32,558 bases of DNA from Candidatus Coatesbacteria bacterium (GTDB lineage: Bacteria; JAFGND01). The stretch lies in contig JAFGND010000085.1 in assembly GCA_016927185.1 (NCBI GenBank), positions 1 to 32,558 of the forward strand, given 5' to 3'. Position 1 is the first letter of the stretch, and each line of letters starts with the position of its first letter. Shown here piece after piece: positions 1-7,639 of this stretch. The position numbers were made by a program, and so were the translations under genes. The notes under the pieces are model-generated. The model saw only the letters and a list, made by a program, of their open reading frames with translations. It was not told where the DNA came from and did not search any database.

Positions 1-56
1 GATAAGCTCTTTAATATGAAAATATATGTATGATTAATCAATGGGAAAGCCTCTAT

Positions 57-108
57 TTCCATAACCAGGGAGTCTGTCTTGAAAGAGACAGATTTCCCTG
101 AAATGGAA
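57..108. other. Long stem-loop with GAAA loop downstream of the WD40 gene
   Basis: CAGGGAGTCTGTCTT-GAAA-GAGACAGATTTCCCTG (66-100), extended by TTCCAT(57-62)/ATGGAA(103-108). No 3' U-tract on either strand. Confidence 0.55.
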
Positions 109-117
109 GAAAAAAAA

Positions 118-330
118 CTATCTGATTTTCACCACTCTCTTGCATTCCATGCCACTCTTCACTACATAAACTCCCTCTCTCCATTTGCTTGCATCAATTG
201 AATGCTTGCCTTTGGGAAGTTTCATAATCAATTTACCTGTAAGGGAATAGATTGCTCCTGAGGATGGCAGGGAAACTGACAAGCGGGTTGAAAAGGGGTT
301 GGGGGAGATGGAGAAGGAGTGAGCAGGGAG
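118..330 (-). repeat. CTD-encoding DNA module, copy 1 (paralog at 32172-32384)
   Basis: Hand alignment to 32172-32384 is gapless over 71 codons with about 52/213 mismatches (~76% identity), including a 26-nt exact match (166-191 = 32220-32245). Confidence 0.8.
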
Positions 331-1317
331 AGAGGAAGATGATTGGTTAGTTGAATATCCAGTTTCTTGTACAGGATTAAATGCAAAAGCATATAAAGCG
401 TAATTATCTCCTTTTACTGAACAAAAAACATTTCCATCCGATAGTCTATAGTAATTAAGGTACAAATTATAAGCATTTGGAAAATTAGGGTTAGGTGATA
501 ACACAGCTGCATTTTTCCCATCAGGAGAAAATCTAAGTTCACCTTTATAAACCAATTCTGAATAGCTCTTGAGACAGACTCCATCTGACATTCTCCAGTA
601 TCTTGTTATATCAGCACATGATAAAGCATAATACCCATCAGGAGCTAAATAGATATCAATACTACCTACAGGAGATTGATTGGTTAAAGTCCTGATGCAC
701 GTTCCATCTGATATTCTCCAAAACTTTACTGTTTTATCATAACTTCCAGATAACATATATTCATCATTCTGCGAAAAAATAGCTTGAATAACATCACCTG
801 TATGTCCATTAAATGATCTTATCACTACACTATCAGGAATACTCCAGTAATCTATACAATTTGTATCTCCATAGCAAATAGCCTTACTTCCATCATAATT
901 CCCATCAGATCCATATAGTGGGAATCCTGTTCTGATTTTGTTTAAACATACACCATCTAAAAGTCTGTATCTATGGATTTTCCGTGTTCTAATTCCTATA
1001 ATGGCGTATTTGTCATCTGTGGTAAAACTTATGGATTTTATTATTTCATCTTCCTTTATTGTCCATAAACAATATCCATCATACAATCGCCAGTATTTTA
1101 AATTAAAATCTAAATCTGCAGATAATAGATAATCTCCATTAAAACTAATTGCTAATGCTGTTATGCCATCAGTATGACCTCTTAATTCCTTTACTTTATT
1201 GCCACTGGGAACTTGCCAGTATTTTAACAGCTTATCATTACCACCGGTCATTATATAATAAGTATTTTCAGCAGATAATGAAAGGTAAAGAAAAAGTATT
1301 ATTGATAAATATCTCAT
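118..1317 (-). CDS. Secreted WD40 beta-propeller protein with T9SS-type C-terminal sorting domain
   Basis: Signal peptide MRYLSIILFLYLSLSA; WD repeats (GHTDGITALAISFNGDYLLSADLDFNLKYW, GHTGDVIQAIFS...LSGSYDKTVKFW); C-terminus SPNPFSTRL...IYSLTGKLI...GVYVVK...KRVVKIR. Confidence 0.85.
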   Translation of the reverse strand: MRYLSIILFLYLSLSAENTYYIMTGGNDKLLKYWQVPSGNKVKELRGHTDGITALAISFNGDYLLSADLDFNLKYWRLYDGYCLWTIKEDEIIKSISFTTDDKYAIIGIRTRKIHRYRLLDGVCLNKIRTGFPLYGSDGNYDGSKAICYGDTNCIDYWSIPDSVVIRSFNGHTGDVIQAIFSQNDEYMLSGSYDKTVKFWRISDGTCIRTLTNQSPVGSIDIYLAPDGYYALSCADITRYWRMSDGVCLKSYSELVYKGELRFSPDGKNAAVLSPNPNFPNAYNLYLNYYRLSDGNVFCSVKGDNYALYAFAFNPVQETGYSTNQSSSSLPAHSFSISPNPFSTRLSVSLPSSGAIYSLTGKLIMKLPKGKHSIDASKWREGVYVVKSGMECKRVVKIR

Positions 1318-1521
1318 CCTTCACTCACCTTCTAAACTATTATTAACATTGATGATTTTTTATATTTATTGTCAAGCTCGTAATTGTATTTTGCAGTATG
1401 ACAGCATAATCTCGGCTTTCTGCCTTGTTTTTTGAAATGCAGGCAAAAATGTGCGAAAATTTTTTCTGGAATATTATCATGTTTTTTTTATATATATTGC
1501 AGAAAGGTCAAGGAGGTCGAG

Positions 1522-2349
1522 ATGACAAGATACATGGTAATTTTACTGACAGTTTTTTTAAGCATTCAACTATTTGCAGCAACTAAAAGCTATCCAGTTA
1601 CATTCTACAATCCAAGAACTGGCTGCAATCAAACACAATACTTTTCCTTTTCCATAACAGTTGTTTCCGATAATTATGGAACCAAAAGCGAGTCAAGCCG
1701 TTATGGAAAACCGTTTGTATATGCTTCCCCGAATGAGAAATACAGCATTACAATATATAATCCTCTTCCAATAAGAGTTGCATGTAATCTCACTATTGAT
1801 GGGTTAAGCTCAATAACTGGAAGTCCTGTAAATGTTTCAGGTGGAAGCAAATGGGTAATACAGCCTAATAGCAGTATAACTATTTCTGGCTGGCAGGTTT
1901 CCAATGACAATGCCAGAAGATTTTATTTTACATCAAAGGCAAATTCCTATGCAAAATGGCGTTCAAATGCATGGGGCAGGGATTTGTCAGTTAACTGTGG
2001 AGTTATTGGTGCTGCTTTCTTCTGGAGTCAGGCAGAGCTGAATGAATATTACAGAAGCATTTACAGACCGGAACCAATTGTATATGATAACGAGTCTCCA
2101 AAATGCGGTGCATCAAGACCATGCCCTGATTATAAAAGAAGAGACAAGTCCTGTGAATCAGCAGCAAAACAATATAATGCTGGGACAGGTATGGGCGAAA
2201 GATACGGCAACAGCGTAACAAGAATATACTTCAATTATGACAGGGGAATGTACAGAGCAACTGACGCAGTAGTAGTATATTACGATTTCGGAAGTCCGGA
2301 ATATTCATATCCCAATGCTTTTTCAAATGGATATGCTCCTGAATATTAG
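1522..2349 (+). CDS. Conserved hypothetical exported protein
   Basis: AGGAGG RBS before ATG 1522; signal peptide (MTRYMVILLTVFLSIQLFA); motifs YSITIYN...IDGL...ISGWQ...FYFT...SYA...GVIGAAFF...GTGMGE resemble a widespread uncharacterised bacterial family (recognised from memory). Confidence 0.75.
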   Translation: MTRYMVILLTVFLSIQLFAATKSYPVTFYNPRTGCNQTQYFSFSITVVSDNYGTKSESSRYGKPFVYASPNEKYSITIYNPLPIRVACNLTIDGLSSITGSPVNVSGGSKWVIQPNSSITISGWQVSNDNARRFYFTSKANSYAKWRSNAWGRDLSVNCGVIGAAFFWSQAELNEYYRSIYRPEPIVYDNESPKCGASRPCPDYKRRDKSCESAAKQYNAGTGMGERYGNSVTRIYFNYDRGMYRATDAVVVYYDFGSPEYSYPNAFSNGYAPEY

Positions 2350-2374
2350 AATCTCCATTTTGCCTTTTATATAG

Positions 2375-2407
2375 AAAAAAGCCCCTTGGAGAAATTCAAG
2401 GGGTTTT
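2375..2407 (+). terminator. Rho-independent terminator
   Basis: AAAAAA-GCCCCTTGGA-GAAA-TTCAAGGGGT-TTT, about 30 nt after the stop at 2349. Confidence 0.75.
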
Positions 2408-2463
2408 CATATTTGAAGATATATTTTCAGATCCCATAAAATCCTTTCCAGAATTAAAAAGTC

Positions 2464-2491
2464 TTGACAAAATCATTGAAAGCATTAATAT
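2464..2491 (+). promoter_or_regulatory. Putative sigma70 promoter
   Basis: TTGACA (2464-2469), 16 nt spacer, TAATAT; about 55 nt upstream of the start. Confidence 0.5.
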
Positions 2492-2518
2492 TTAAATCAG
2501 GTAAAAAGGACGGTGGAA

Positions 2519-3790
2519 ATGAAATATCCATTTTTGATTTTGGGACTTATTTTTATAACTGGTTCTATATATGCACTTCCTGGTGACATTATCTGGAAAT
2601 TCAAGACAGGAGAAGGAATATATTCTTCCCCATATGCTGAAAATAATGTTGTCTATTTCGGAAGTTGCGACAAGAATATCTATGCTCTTGATGCTAATGA
2701 TGGAAGCCTGAGATGGAGCCTGAAAACAGGTGATGAAGTTTATTCGTCTCCAAGAATTGCTAATAATATATTGTATATAGGAAGCAAGGATGGTTATTTA
2801 TATGAGGTGAATGTTGCAGATGGCAGTTTGAATTACCTGCATTCAGTAGGAAGCATTGGATACTCCTCTCCATGCATTTCAAATGGAATGATCTATATCG
2901 GGAGCGAGGATAATAATTTATATGCAATAAATATAAGTGACAAGAAAATCAAATGGAAATTCAAGACAGATGATTATATTCGTTCTACACCATGCGAATT
3001 TGAAGGGACAGTATTTTTTGGAGGCTGGGATAGTTATATATATGCGGTGAATGCTGCAGATGGTTCATTGAAATGGAAATATAAGACAAAATACTCTATT
3101 ATATCATCACCTGCAGTCTTTCAGAACAAGGTTCATATTGGAAGTGATGATGGTTTCCTGTATAGCCTGAATGCTGATGACGGGACATTAAACTGGAAAT
3201 TTGAGGCAAACTGGTATTTCAATTCGTCTCCCCGTATAGCTAATGACCTTGTTTATGCAGGAAGCAATGATAGTTATTTATATGCGATATTTGCAGACAA
3301 TGGTAATCTCAAGTGGAAATACCTGACTGGCAGCTGGGTTTTCTCTTCACCATCTGTTTCTGATGGAGTTGTATATGTCGGCAGCTGGGATTTTAATCTA
3401 TATGCACTTGAAGCATTAAATGGAGATTTCTTATGGAAATTTCCTACTGAAAACCGTCTGGAATCCTCTCCTTTCATATATAATAATATTGTATTTATAG
3501 GAGGAATTGACGGATATTTATATGCCGTTGAGACATATGGTTTTACAGGATTTAAGGAAAAGGAATTTTCTGAAAGTATACCTGCAAGAAAAATCACTGT
3601 ATCACCCAATCCCTTCAGGAACAGGCTTGATGTTTTCTCACCTTCAGAAGGAAGTGTTTATTCAATCTCAGGTCAACTTATGCTAAGAATAGCGAAAGGA
3701 TTTAACAGGATTGATACAAGCCATTGGGATGCAGGAGTTTATATCATTAAAACAAATGATGAGAAAAAGAAGATTGTCAGGATAAAATAA
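2519..3790 (+). CDS. Secreted PQQ-binding-like (BamB-type) 8-bladed beta-propeller with T9SS-type CTD
   Basis: Signal peptide; eight ~40-aa repeats W[KS]xKT...SSP...VYxGSxD..LYA..A.DG.L.W; C-terminus SPNPFRNRL...VYSISGQL...GVYIIK...KKIVRIK. Alternative GTG start at 2513. Confidence 0.88.
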   Translation: MKYPFLILGLIFITGSIYALPGDIIWKFKTGEGIYSSPYAENNVVYFGSCDKNIYALDANDGSLRWSLKTGDEVYSSPRIANNILYIGSKDGYLYEVNVADGSLNYLHSVGSIGYSSPCISNGMIYIGSEDNNLYAINISDKKIKWKFKTDDYIRSTPCEFEGTVFFGGWDSYIYAVNAADGSLKWKYKTKYSIISSPAVFQNKVHIGSDDGFLYSLNADDGTLNWKFEANWYFNSSPRIANDLVYAGSNDSYLYAIFADNGNLKWKYLTGSWVFSSPSVSDGVVYVGSWDFNLYALEALNGDFLWKFPTENRLESSPFIYNNIVFIGGIDGYLYAVETYGFTGFKEKEFSESIPARKITVSPNPFRNRLDVFSPSEGSVYSISGQLMLRIAKGFNRIDTSHWDAGVYIIKTNDEKKKIVRIK

Positions 3791-3879
3791 TGCCCCATTT
3801 GAGGTATCGCTATAAAATCCTGTAAATAATAAGATTATAGCATCGTTTTCAGGATATCTATTCTAAATGGATATTTTAC

Positions 3880-3909
3880 TTGACAGACCTTTGAAAAAAG
3901 TATTATATT
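3880..3909 (+). promoter_or_regulatory. Putative sigma70 promoter
   Basis: TTGACA (3880-3885), 18 nt spacer, TATATT; AAGGAG RBS before ATG 3930. Confidence 0.55.
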
Positions 3910-3929
3910 GAAATGACAAGGAGAATAAT

Positions 3930-5195
3930 ATGAGAATTCTAAATGTCTTGTTCATTTTGATTACAGTTTCAGTTCTTTCTTCGGAACCTGGAGACCTGCT
4001 CTGGAAGTACATGACTGGCAACAAGATCTATTCCTCACCATGGTCAGATGGTGACAACATCTCTTTCGGAAGCCATGATTATTACATTTATACACTGAAA
4101 AAGGATGGCAGTCTCAAATGGAAATATCTGACCCAGAATGAAGTTTATTCATCTCCAAGAATAAAGAATGAAACTGTTTATGAAGGGTCAGAGGATCATT
4201 TCATATATGCAGTCAATATCAATACTGGTTCATTGAAATGGAGCTACCAGACTGTTTCTACAGTAAGTTCTTCTCCCTGTATTCATAATGGAGCAGTTTA
4301 CATTGGAAGCGATGACACCCATCTGTATTCAATAAATGAGAATAATGGAGTTTTGAAATGGAGATACAAGGCAGACAACTGCATAGGTTCAACTCCCTTG
4401 ATAGTCAACGAAAAGATTTATTTCGGTGATTACAGTGGTTATATATATGCAATCAATGAAGATGAAGGAGATCTTGTCTGGAGATACTCTACTGGAAGCA
4501 GTATATATTCTTCTGCATGCTATCTTGATAATACAATATATATAGGTAACACTGACTTTTTCGTCTATGCAATAGATATTTCAAGTGGAAGCCTGAGGTG
4601 GAAATTCAAGACAGGTGCTGAAACCAATTCTACTCCCTGTGCATATAAAGACAAGGTTTTCATAGGCAGCTATGACAAGTATATGTATGCATTCAATGCA
4701 TCTGATGGATCAGTCAACTGGAGATATCCTGCCCAGGACAAGGTTCATTCCTCACCATTTTACAAAGATGATGTTGTCTATTTCGGAAGCTATGATAATT
4801 ACCTGTATGCAGTTAATGCATCCGATGGATCTTTAAAATGGAAGTATTTGGCTGGCGGGACATTATATTCATCACCATTCGTATTCGATAATATCGTATA
4901 TATTGGAGGGCTGGACAATTATCTCTATGCTGTTGAAACATACAAGTCTATGGGATTCAAAAGCATGACAAGAAAGCGTGCATTGCCATCTAACAGTATC
5001 AAATCCTATCCTAATCCTTTCACGAATACATTATTTGTTGAATTGCAACAAGATGGAGCAATTTATGCTTTGAGCGGACAGCTTGTCAGGAAGATACGGA
5101 AAGGCAATTCCAGAATCAATACAAATAACTGGATAGCAGGCATTTACATCATTAAAAGCGGAACTGAAGCAAGAAAGATGGTAAAAACCTGGTAA
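3930..5195 (+). CDS. Secreted PQQ-binding-like beta-propeller with T9SS-type CTD (paralog of 2519-3790)
   Basis: Signal peptide; eight SSP/STP repeats; YAVETY junction; C-terminus YPNPFTNTL...IYALSGQLV...GIYIIK...RKMVKTW. Confidence 0.88.
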   Translation: MRILNVLFILITVSVLSSEPGDLLWKYMTGNKIYSSPWSDGDNISFGSHDYYIYTLKKDGSLKWKYLTQNEVYSSPRIKNETVYEGSEDHFIYAVNINTGSLKWSYQTVSTVSSSPCIHNGAVYIGSDDTHLYSINENNGVLKWRYKADNCIGSTPLIVNEKIYFGDYSGYIYAINEDEGDLVWRYSTGSSIYSSACYLDNTIYIGNTDFFVYAIDISSGSLRWKFKTGAETNSTPCAYKDKVFIGSYDKYMYAFNASDGSVNWRYPAQDKVHSSPFYKDDVVYFGSYDNYLYAVNASDGSLKWKYLAGGTLYSSPFVFDNIVYIGGLDNYLYAVETYKSMGFKSMTRKRALPSNSIKSYPNPFTNTLFVELQQDGAIYALSGQLVRKIRKGNSRINTNNWIAGIYIIKSGTEARKMVKTW

Positions 5196-5266
5196 AGGTA
5201 AATCCTGAATCTGTTTGACAAAATCCCTGCTCTTTTTTGTTCAAGATAACAGGAAAAGGAGGTTTC

Positions 5267-6448
5267 ATGAGTAAACTGTTATTAACATTGATTTTAGTTG
5301 GTTCCATAACTCTTTGTTATGCAACGAAATTCGCACTCTCCGGGAGTCATGACAAGACAGTCAAGTACTGGAATTTGTCTAATGGTATCTGCATAAAAGC
5401 AATCACGGAAATAGAAGATATCTATGAAGTTGCAATAAGCACCGATGGGAAATTTGCACTTACATGTTCATCTGACAAGGATGCGAATTATTATTCACTG
5501 CCTGATCTTGCACTTATTAGAAAACTTTCAGGACATATATCAGGAATATACGGGATTTGCTTCTCTAATGACGGCACGCATGCTGCAACAGGAAGTCAGG
5601 ACCAGAAAGCGAAATACTGGAATCTCGAAGATGGAAACTGCATATATACTCTTGATCATCCAAGCACGGTGAGTGCAGTAGATATAAATAATAATGGGAA
5701 ATACTTATTGACTGGCTGCTGGGACAGGCAATTAAGATTGTTTGATTTGCAGGATGGAACTCTCCTGAGAACTTTCACAGGACATACTTCGCATATAACT
5801 GAAGTGAGATTCAGCTCAAATAGCAAGTATATACTTTCTGCATGTCAGGATTATACAATGAGATACTGGGATGCTGAAACAGGGCAGTGTCTTACAGTCA
5901 TTCAGGATACTTCACAGGTATATTCAGCAAAGCTTTCTCCAAACGGGAATAATATTCTGTCAGGTAATCAATGGGGAATGGTAAGATACTGGCAGACAGA
6001 CGGTACAAGGATTATGACATTCTCAAGCACTCATAATGGGGCAGTAAGAGGAGTAGACATTTTCATAGATGGATTGTATGGTCTGTCTGGCGGGGATGAT
6101 GGTTATATCAAGTATTTTGATATTACAACAGGCAATCTGCTTCTTGAAATAAAAGCCAATAATATTGCAGTAAGAAGTGTTGCTTTCAATCCGGTTGAAG
6201 GCACGGGATTTGATACAAAAACCTCAACTTCTTGTATCCCATACAATTATTTCTCTGTTACTCCCAATCCCTTCAATACTCACCTAACTCTTTCCCTTCC
6301 TGAAGAGGCTTCCATTTATACGATTACCGGAAGGTTAGTGAAAAAGCTGTCAAAGGGTAATTATGAAATAGATACAAAAACATGGAAATCAGGCATATAT
6401 TTATTAAAAACATCAACAGAAATCAGGAAAATAATAAAACTTGATTGA
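5267..6448 (+). CDS. Secreted WD40 beta-propeller protein with T9SS-type CTD
   Basis: AAGGAGG RBS before ATG 5267; signal peptide; WD repeats (GHISGIYGICFS...TGSQDQKAKYW, GHTSHITEVRFS...SACQDYTMRYWD); C-terminus TPNPFNTHL...IYTITGRLV...GIYLLK...RKIIKLD. Confidence 0.88.
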   Translation: MSKLLLTLILVGSITLCYATKFALSGSHDKTVKYWNLSNGICIKAITEIEDIYEVAISTDGKFALTCSSDKDANYYSLPDLALIRKLSGHISGIYGICFSNDGTHAATGSQDQKAKYWNLEDGNCIYTLDHPSTVSAVDINNNGKYLLTGCWDRQLRLFDLQDGTLLRTFTGHTSHITEVRFSSNSKYILSACQDYTMRYWDAETGQCLTVIQDTSQVYSAKLSPNGNNILSGNQWGMVRYWQTDGTRIMTFSSTHNGAVRGVDIFIDGLYGLSGGDDGYIKYFDITTGNLLLEIKANNIAVRSVAFNPVEGTGFDTKTSTSCIPYNYFSVTPNPFNTHLTLSLPEEASIYTITGRLVKKLSKGNYEIDTKTWKSGIYLLKTSTEIRKIIKLD

Positions 6449-6456
6449 TATTTATA

Positions 6457-6484
6457 TCAGGAGTGATTAAATAATTGCTCCTGA
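6457..6484 (+). terminator. 3' stem-loop, possible terminator
   Basis: TCAGGAGTGATT-AAAT-AATTGCTCCTGA just after the stop at 6448; lacks a U-tract. Confidence 0.4.
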
Positions 6485-6606
6485 AAAATAACTGGGAAAT
6501 CTGTTTCAGGCTGTTTGACTCCTGAATGCAAGAAAGTTAAATATTCTGAAATAAAGAATCCTATTGACTAAAAACAAATATTTATCGTGTCCTTGCTTTT
6601 TAAAAC

Positions 6607-6894
6607 ATGGCCGCTATTGTTGGTGTACTCAGGTTCAGGATTTCAATTCCTGAATGCAGTTCATTGAAATATAAGAGAAGCGTTGTAAAAAGGCTTACAG
6701 CACGCATTAAGGAAAGATTTAATGTATCGGTGTCGGAAATAGGTAATCTTGATAACAGGGATAAGGCAGAACTTGCGGTTGCAAGTGTCAATTCAGATAT
6801 CAGATACCTGAATGGTCAGCTGGACAAGCTTACTAACTTTTTAAATGAGGAGCATGGTTTTGTACTGGAAGATTATGATTTGGAGTTTCGCTAG
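6607..6894 (+). CDS. DUF503 (YlxP-like) family protein
   Basis: IVGVLRFRISIPECSSLKYKRSVVKRL...KERFNVSVSEIG..D motif; 95 aa. Confidence 0.85.
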   Translation: MAAIVGVLRFRISIPECSSLKYKRSVVKRLTARIKERFNVSVSEIGNLDNRDKAELAVASVNSDIRYLNGQLDKLTNFLNEEHGFVLEDYDLEFR

Positions 6895-7639
6895 CATACT
6901 GCTATTTACTGATTATTCATTTTCTGCAAGAAATATGGGAATGGGTGAAGCAAATATGGGAATACTTGACGAGGTGAGTGCAACTGAATTGAATCCATCA
7001 CTAGCAGCATCTCTCAGATACGGTCAGGTTTTTCTTGCAGGTGGAAATCCATCCAATTTCAAGTTTGGAGCTGGAAAGGCTTTCGGGAGATATGGCACAA
7101 GCTTTATTTTTGGATACGGCAAGGATAATGACATAAAATCTACAAAAGCAAGCCTCAATTTTGCAAGAAACCTGTACAAGAATCCTTATGGAACATGCAT
7201 TGACATAGGAGCAGATGGAGTTTTTTCGCATTACGACAGTCTCGGTACAAAAGAAAATGCTTTTTATGGAGGAGGCGGTTTCAGCTTCAAGCCACTTCCA
7301 GCTTTCAGTTTCACTGCTGTTTATAATGGTCTTGGCATAAAGGAGAATTCACCCATAGATAAAGTATATGCTTATGGCATAACCTATTTCTTTCTTGATT
7401 TGGGCTCATTTGCATTCAATAGAGTGAAGGTTGGAGATAAATGGGAAAAGAGATTCGGGCTTGAGTTTTACATAAAAAACATTGCTTCAACAAGATTAGG
7501 TATAAATGAGGGAAATCTTTGTGCAGGTTTTGGCTTCAAGGTGAAAAAGTTCGGGGCAGATTTCGGCTTTACCCATAAGGAAAGCGAGAATCTTTTCAAG
7601 GGAAGCATTAGCTACTTTTTCGGAGAGGAAAACCTGTGA
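6845..7639 (+). CDS. PorV/PorQ/FadL-like outer-membrane beta-barrel protein (start uncertain: 6845, 6854 or 6875)
   Basis: N-terminal SARNMGMGEA...DEVSATELNPSLA matches the 'xARxxGMGxA...D.SA...NPA.L' hatch motif; alternating Gly/aromatic beta-strands; ends GSISYFF. Confidence 0.6.
   Translation: MRSMVLYWKIMIWSFASILLFTDYSFSARNMGMGEANMGILDEVSATELNPSLAASLRYGQVFLAGGNPSNFKFGAGKAFGRYGTSFIFGYGKDNDIKSTKASLNFARNLYKNPYGTCIDIGADGVFSHYDSLGTKENAFYGGGGFSFKPLPAFSFTAVYNGLGIKENSPIDKVYAYGITYFFLDLGSFAFNRVKVGDKWEKRFGLEFYIKNIASTRLGINEGNLCAGFGFKVKKFGADFGFTHKESENLFKGSISYFFGEENL

Noticed and set aside
118-330. Diversity-generating retroelement TR/VR pair (with 32172-32384)
   Set aside because: Mismatches involve all four bases rather than adenines only, both copies are coding gene ends, and there is no reverse transcriptase in the window.
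2519-5195. BamB or PQQ-dependent dehydrogenases
   Set aside because: No lipobox, no bam/der synteny, too short and too regular for a quinoprotein dehydrogenase, and they carry a CTD.
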